A stretch of 62,987 nt of DNA, the filler included, from Licmophora abbreviata (lineage: Eukaryota): assembly GCA_900291995.1 (NCBI GenBank). It is 15 parts of 15 records of this genome, joined end to end, with 100 filler letters (N's around TTAATTAATTAA, not from the genome) between each part and the next. Parts side by side here need not be neighbours in the genome. Positions count along the whole stretch, not along the records: positions 59,264 to 62,987 come from OLMU01001705.1; 14 more parts are not named here. One strand, given 5' to 3'. Shown piece by piece: positions 60,647 to 62,987 of the stretch. A program made the position numbers and the translations under genes. The notes beneath the pieces are model-generated. The model ran no database searches. It worked only from the letters and a program-made list of their open reading frames with translations, and was not told the DNA's origin. Each line of letters starts with the position of its first letter. Positions within the stretch are counted from its first letter, which is position 1.

Positions 60647-62485
60647 ATGATAGAGTCACAAAGCACGCATCATGACGAGCTATCATCGCCACGCCTCCCA
60701 ATTCGCCAGACCAACATTCCCCTGCTCACCAGCGCCTTCCTGGCAGCACTCACGACGGGCGGGACCACCTATGCCTTTGGACTTTATGGCGCTGCCTTGA
60801 AACGAACCCTTCGCCTCTCTCAATCTCAATTAGACACGATCAGTAGCGCCAACTTTACGGCTGGGTTACTGAGCTGGGCACCCGGCATGGTCGTGGACCG
60901 ATTTGGACCGCGCGTCGGATTGAGTGGCGGGGGGCTTCTGGGGTGTGTCTCCTTGCTCCTGTACTGGACCGTCGCCCGACAGTTTATTGAAATTTCCCAT
61001 TCTTTCATTGTACCAGTACTCTCGCTACTGGGAGTTTTGATCTTTCTGAGTTCGGCCTTGATCACTGGCAGTGTCTTTAAAATTATCGTCGTGAGCTGCG
61101 GTCCCGGTACCAAAGGAAGTGCCGTCGGAGCCGCCAAGGGCTATGTTGGACTGGGCGCTGGGGCATATTCCTGTCTGTTTGAAGCGATACGGAGTAGTGA
61201 GCAGAGTGATTTGGATTTTCTACCGATGGCTGCGTTCTTTAACGTGGTGGCTGTCATTATTCCGGCGTTCTTACTGCTACCCGGCAGACAAGAGTTTGCA
61301 TCATATCAACACGCCGACACGAAGCGACCTGACGTGTCGACACCGATGCACTATCGTGCTTTGTATGTGGGACTAGCTTCGCTGGCGTCTTTTGTTATTG
61401 TAACAAGTTTGGTGGAATTGTACTCGTCGAGAAGTACAGCATCGGGGACGAGCAGCAATACTTCAGATGTCGATTCTGCTGGACCGCATTACTTTCGGGC
61501 TCTGCTCATATTGCTGACATGGATTGGGCCAATCTTGTCATTTCTATATTGGCCGACGGCAACACATTTAAGTCTGGAGTCTGAAGAGGGCGATCGGGAG
61601 GACATGGCAACTGGGGAAGAATCGTGTTCTGGCGCATCGGACAGACATCGTCCCTCCGACAAAGTCATGCAGTCACTACTCGCACCGACAGACAAATCTG
61701 TGGGTGATGATGACTTACCATTTTCCCAGGTACCCCCACCAGCAACTTGCGAAGAGGAGGATCGAAATCTCTATCAAATGCTCCAAACTCTCCCTGCCTG
61801 GCTCATGGCATGGACTTGCGTCATACTCGTCGGAGCCGGTACCATAATGACGAATAACATGGGGCAAATGGTGGAGGCGCTGAAGTTCCCATCCCTCGCA
61901 GCACCAGCTAGCTTGGCCTTGTTCAGTGTTGCCCAGGCCGGAGCCCGTGTCGCAACGGGGGCTATATCGGAATCGGCGTTGACGTGGGACACGGACATGT
62001 GTGGCATACCCTCGGGTGTCCCACGTCCTGCCTTTCTCATTGCCGCTTCGATTGCAGGGTTCTTGGCACACATACTGCTTGCCATTACGACCACAGAAGT
62101 GACCTTCGTATTTGGAGCTGCGCTGTCGGGCGCAGCCTTTGGAATGGTGTGGCCGCTGATGGTGTTGATTGTTGGCGAAGTCTTTGGCACGGCCAATCAT
62201 GGCGCGAACTATATGTTCTACGACGGCTTTACGTCGGCGGTGGGCACACTTTTATTGTCCAAATTCCTCGCGCAAGAAGTATACGAGGATCACATTGATC
62301 GTGACAACGATGGGAATCCCGATGGGCTGACATGTTATGGGAGCGCGTGCTTTCGTGTATCGCACTTGATCGTAGCCGGGTTGTCACTCACATGCGTCGT
62401 GACGAGTGTCGCTATGCTATATACAACGCGGCACGTATACATGCGACGAACAGCCGTTGTGCCGTCATCGGGGGACCACGACTAA
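60647..62485 (+). CDS. MFS transporter, nodulin-like (NFD4/Mch1-like)
   Basis: 612 aa with about 12 hydrophobic segments; 'GTTYAFGLY..LK', 'GMVVDRFGPR', 'KGYVGLG', 'NNMGQMV', 'EVFGTANHGANY', 'CYGSACF'. Confidence 0.88.
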   Translation: MIESQSTHHDELSSPRLPIRQTNIPLLTSAFLAALTTGGTTYAFGLYGAALKRTLRLSQSQLDTISSANFTAGLLSWAPGMVVDRFGPRVGLSGGGLLGCVSLLLYWTVARQFIEISHSFIVPVLSLLGVLIFLSSALITGSVFKIIVVSCGPGTKGSAVGAAKGYVGLGAGAYSCLFEAIRSSEQSDLDFLPMAAFFNVVAVIIPAFLLLPGRQEFASYQHADTKRPDVSTPMHYRALYVGLASLASFVIVTSLVELYSSRSTASGTSSNTSDVDSAGPHYFRALLILLTWIGPILSFLYWPTATHLSLESEEGDREDMATGEESCSGASDRHRPSDKVMQSLLAPTDKSVGDDDLPFSQVPPPATCEEEDRNLYQMLQTLPAWLMAWTCVILVGAGTIMTNNMGQMVEALKFPSLAAPASLALFSVAQAGARVATGAISESALTWDTDMCGIPSGVPRPAFLIAASIAGFLAHILLAITTTEVTFVFGAALSGAAFGMVWPLMVLIVGEVFGTANHGANYMFYDGFTSAVGTLLLSKFLAQEVYEDHIDRDNDGNPDGLTCYGSACFRVSHLIVAGLSLTCVVTSVAMLYTTRHVYMRRTAVVPSSGDHD

Positions 62486-62987
62486 CTCTAATGCTTCATT
62501 TATGATTTAAAGACAACACAGCGAACTCAAGTCAACTACGACAACAACTACGAACTGAACATTTGTAGTGGATCCATATGTACACCTCCTAGCTAGTCTA
62601 GTGGCTGGATCATGCAAGCCATTTACTCAAGGCTCTCCTACCACATTACTACACTTTTAAGTTTCTCTGCCCTACTAAGATCTGGCAGTTTTGGTCTTTA
62701 AGCGTGGTGGGGTTTATCGAGACGACGGCGAGACAGGAACTTGCGAAAACCGGCCGCGAAACCCACCCTAACGCGAAGCGCGACGCGTTCGTTCAGGCAG
62801 GTCCAGGTCAGGAGCGCACCTCACCGCGCGCATTTCTTGTGTTCATCGCCAATGCATCCTTGGAGGGCACTGGCTGCTGCATTTTGTTGTTGTGTGACTC
62901 CCCGATACCTCCACAGATGCTGCGAAAGAACGATAATGGCTCCCAGCCTCGAGCAGCTGAGAGCGACGGCATGATTCATATTCCTAC

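Noticed and set aside
62741..62974. 77-aa ORF at the window end
   Set aside because: Non-ATG start and no homology cues; probably promoter or 5' region of the next gene.

Overview
Gene-dense eukaryotic nuclear DNA (roughly 50% GC, short GT-AG introns of mostly ~70-130 nt, ~29 genes in 63 kb). Gene content and style point to a diatom (stramenopile); that taxonomic call is an inference. The scaffold has 14 gaps padded with an artificial N44-TTAATTAATTAA-N44 linker. Recognisable genes: GST-like protein, His/Cys-rich secreted protein, leishmanolysin-like (M8) protease with Cys-rich repeats, phytyl-ester-synthase-like hydrolase, DUF829-like protein, 3-oxoacyl-CoA reductase, 2OG-Fe(II) oxygenase, Derlin, PIG-U, Med8-like protein, cytoplasmic dynein intermediate chain, double-PH protein, GT60 GlcNAc transferase, PUM3/Puf6, a large TRF4/5-like nucleotidyltransferase, Acl4-like TPR protein, JmjC/cupin protein, GH161-like beta-1,3-glucan phosphorylase, H2A.Z, TAF12, two sulfotransferase-like paralogs, propionyl-CoA synthetase, RPSA, bystin, CHI-fold protein, a purD-purN-purM fusion, two class-C-GPCR-like paralogs and a nodulin-like MFS transporter. 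Most notable: a membrane-anchored GH161-like phosphorylase; a purine fusion in non-canonical domain order with an extra N-terminal domain; a 1-nt intron shift paired with a Ser codon-family switch between adjacent paralogs; GPCR-like paralogs with an unrecognised ectodomain; and several frameshifts that may be assembly errors. No RNA genes, CRISPR arrays or transposons were recognised. All family calls come from motif recognition, not database searches.
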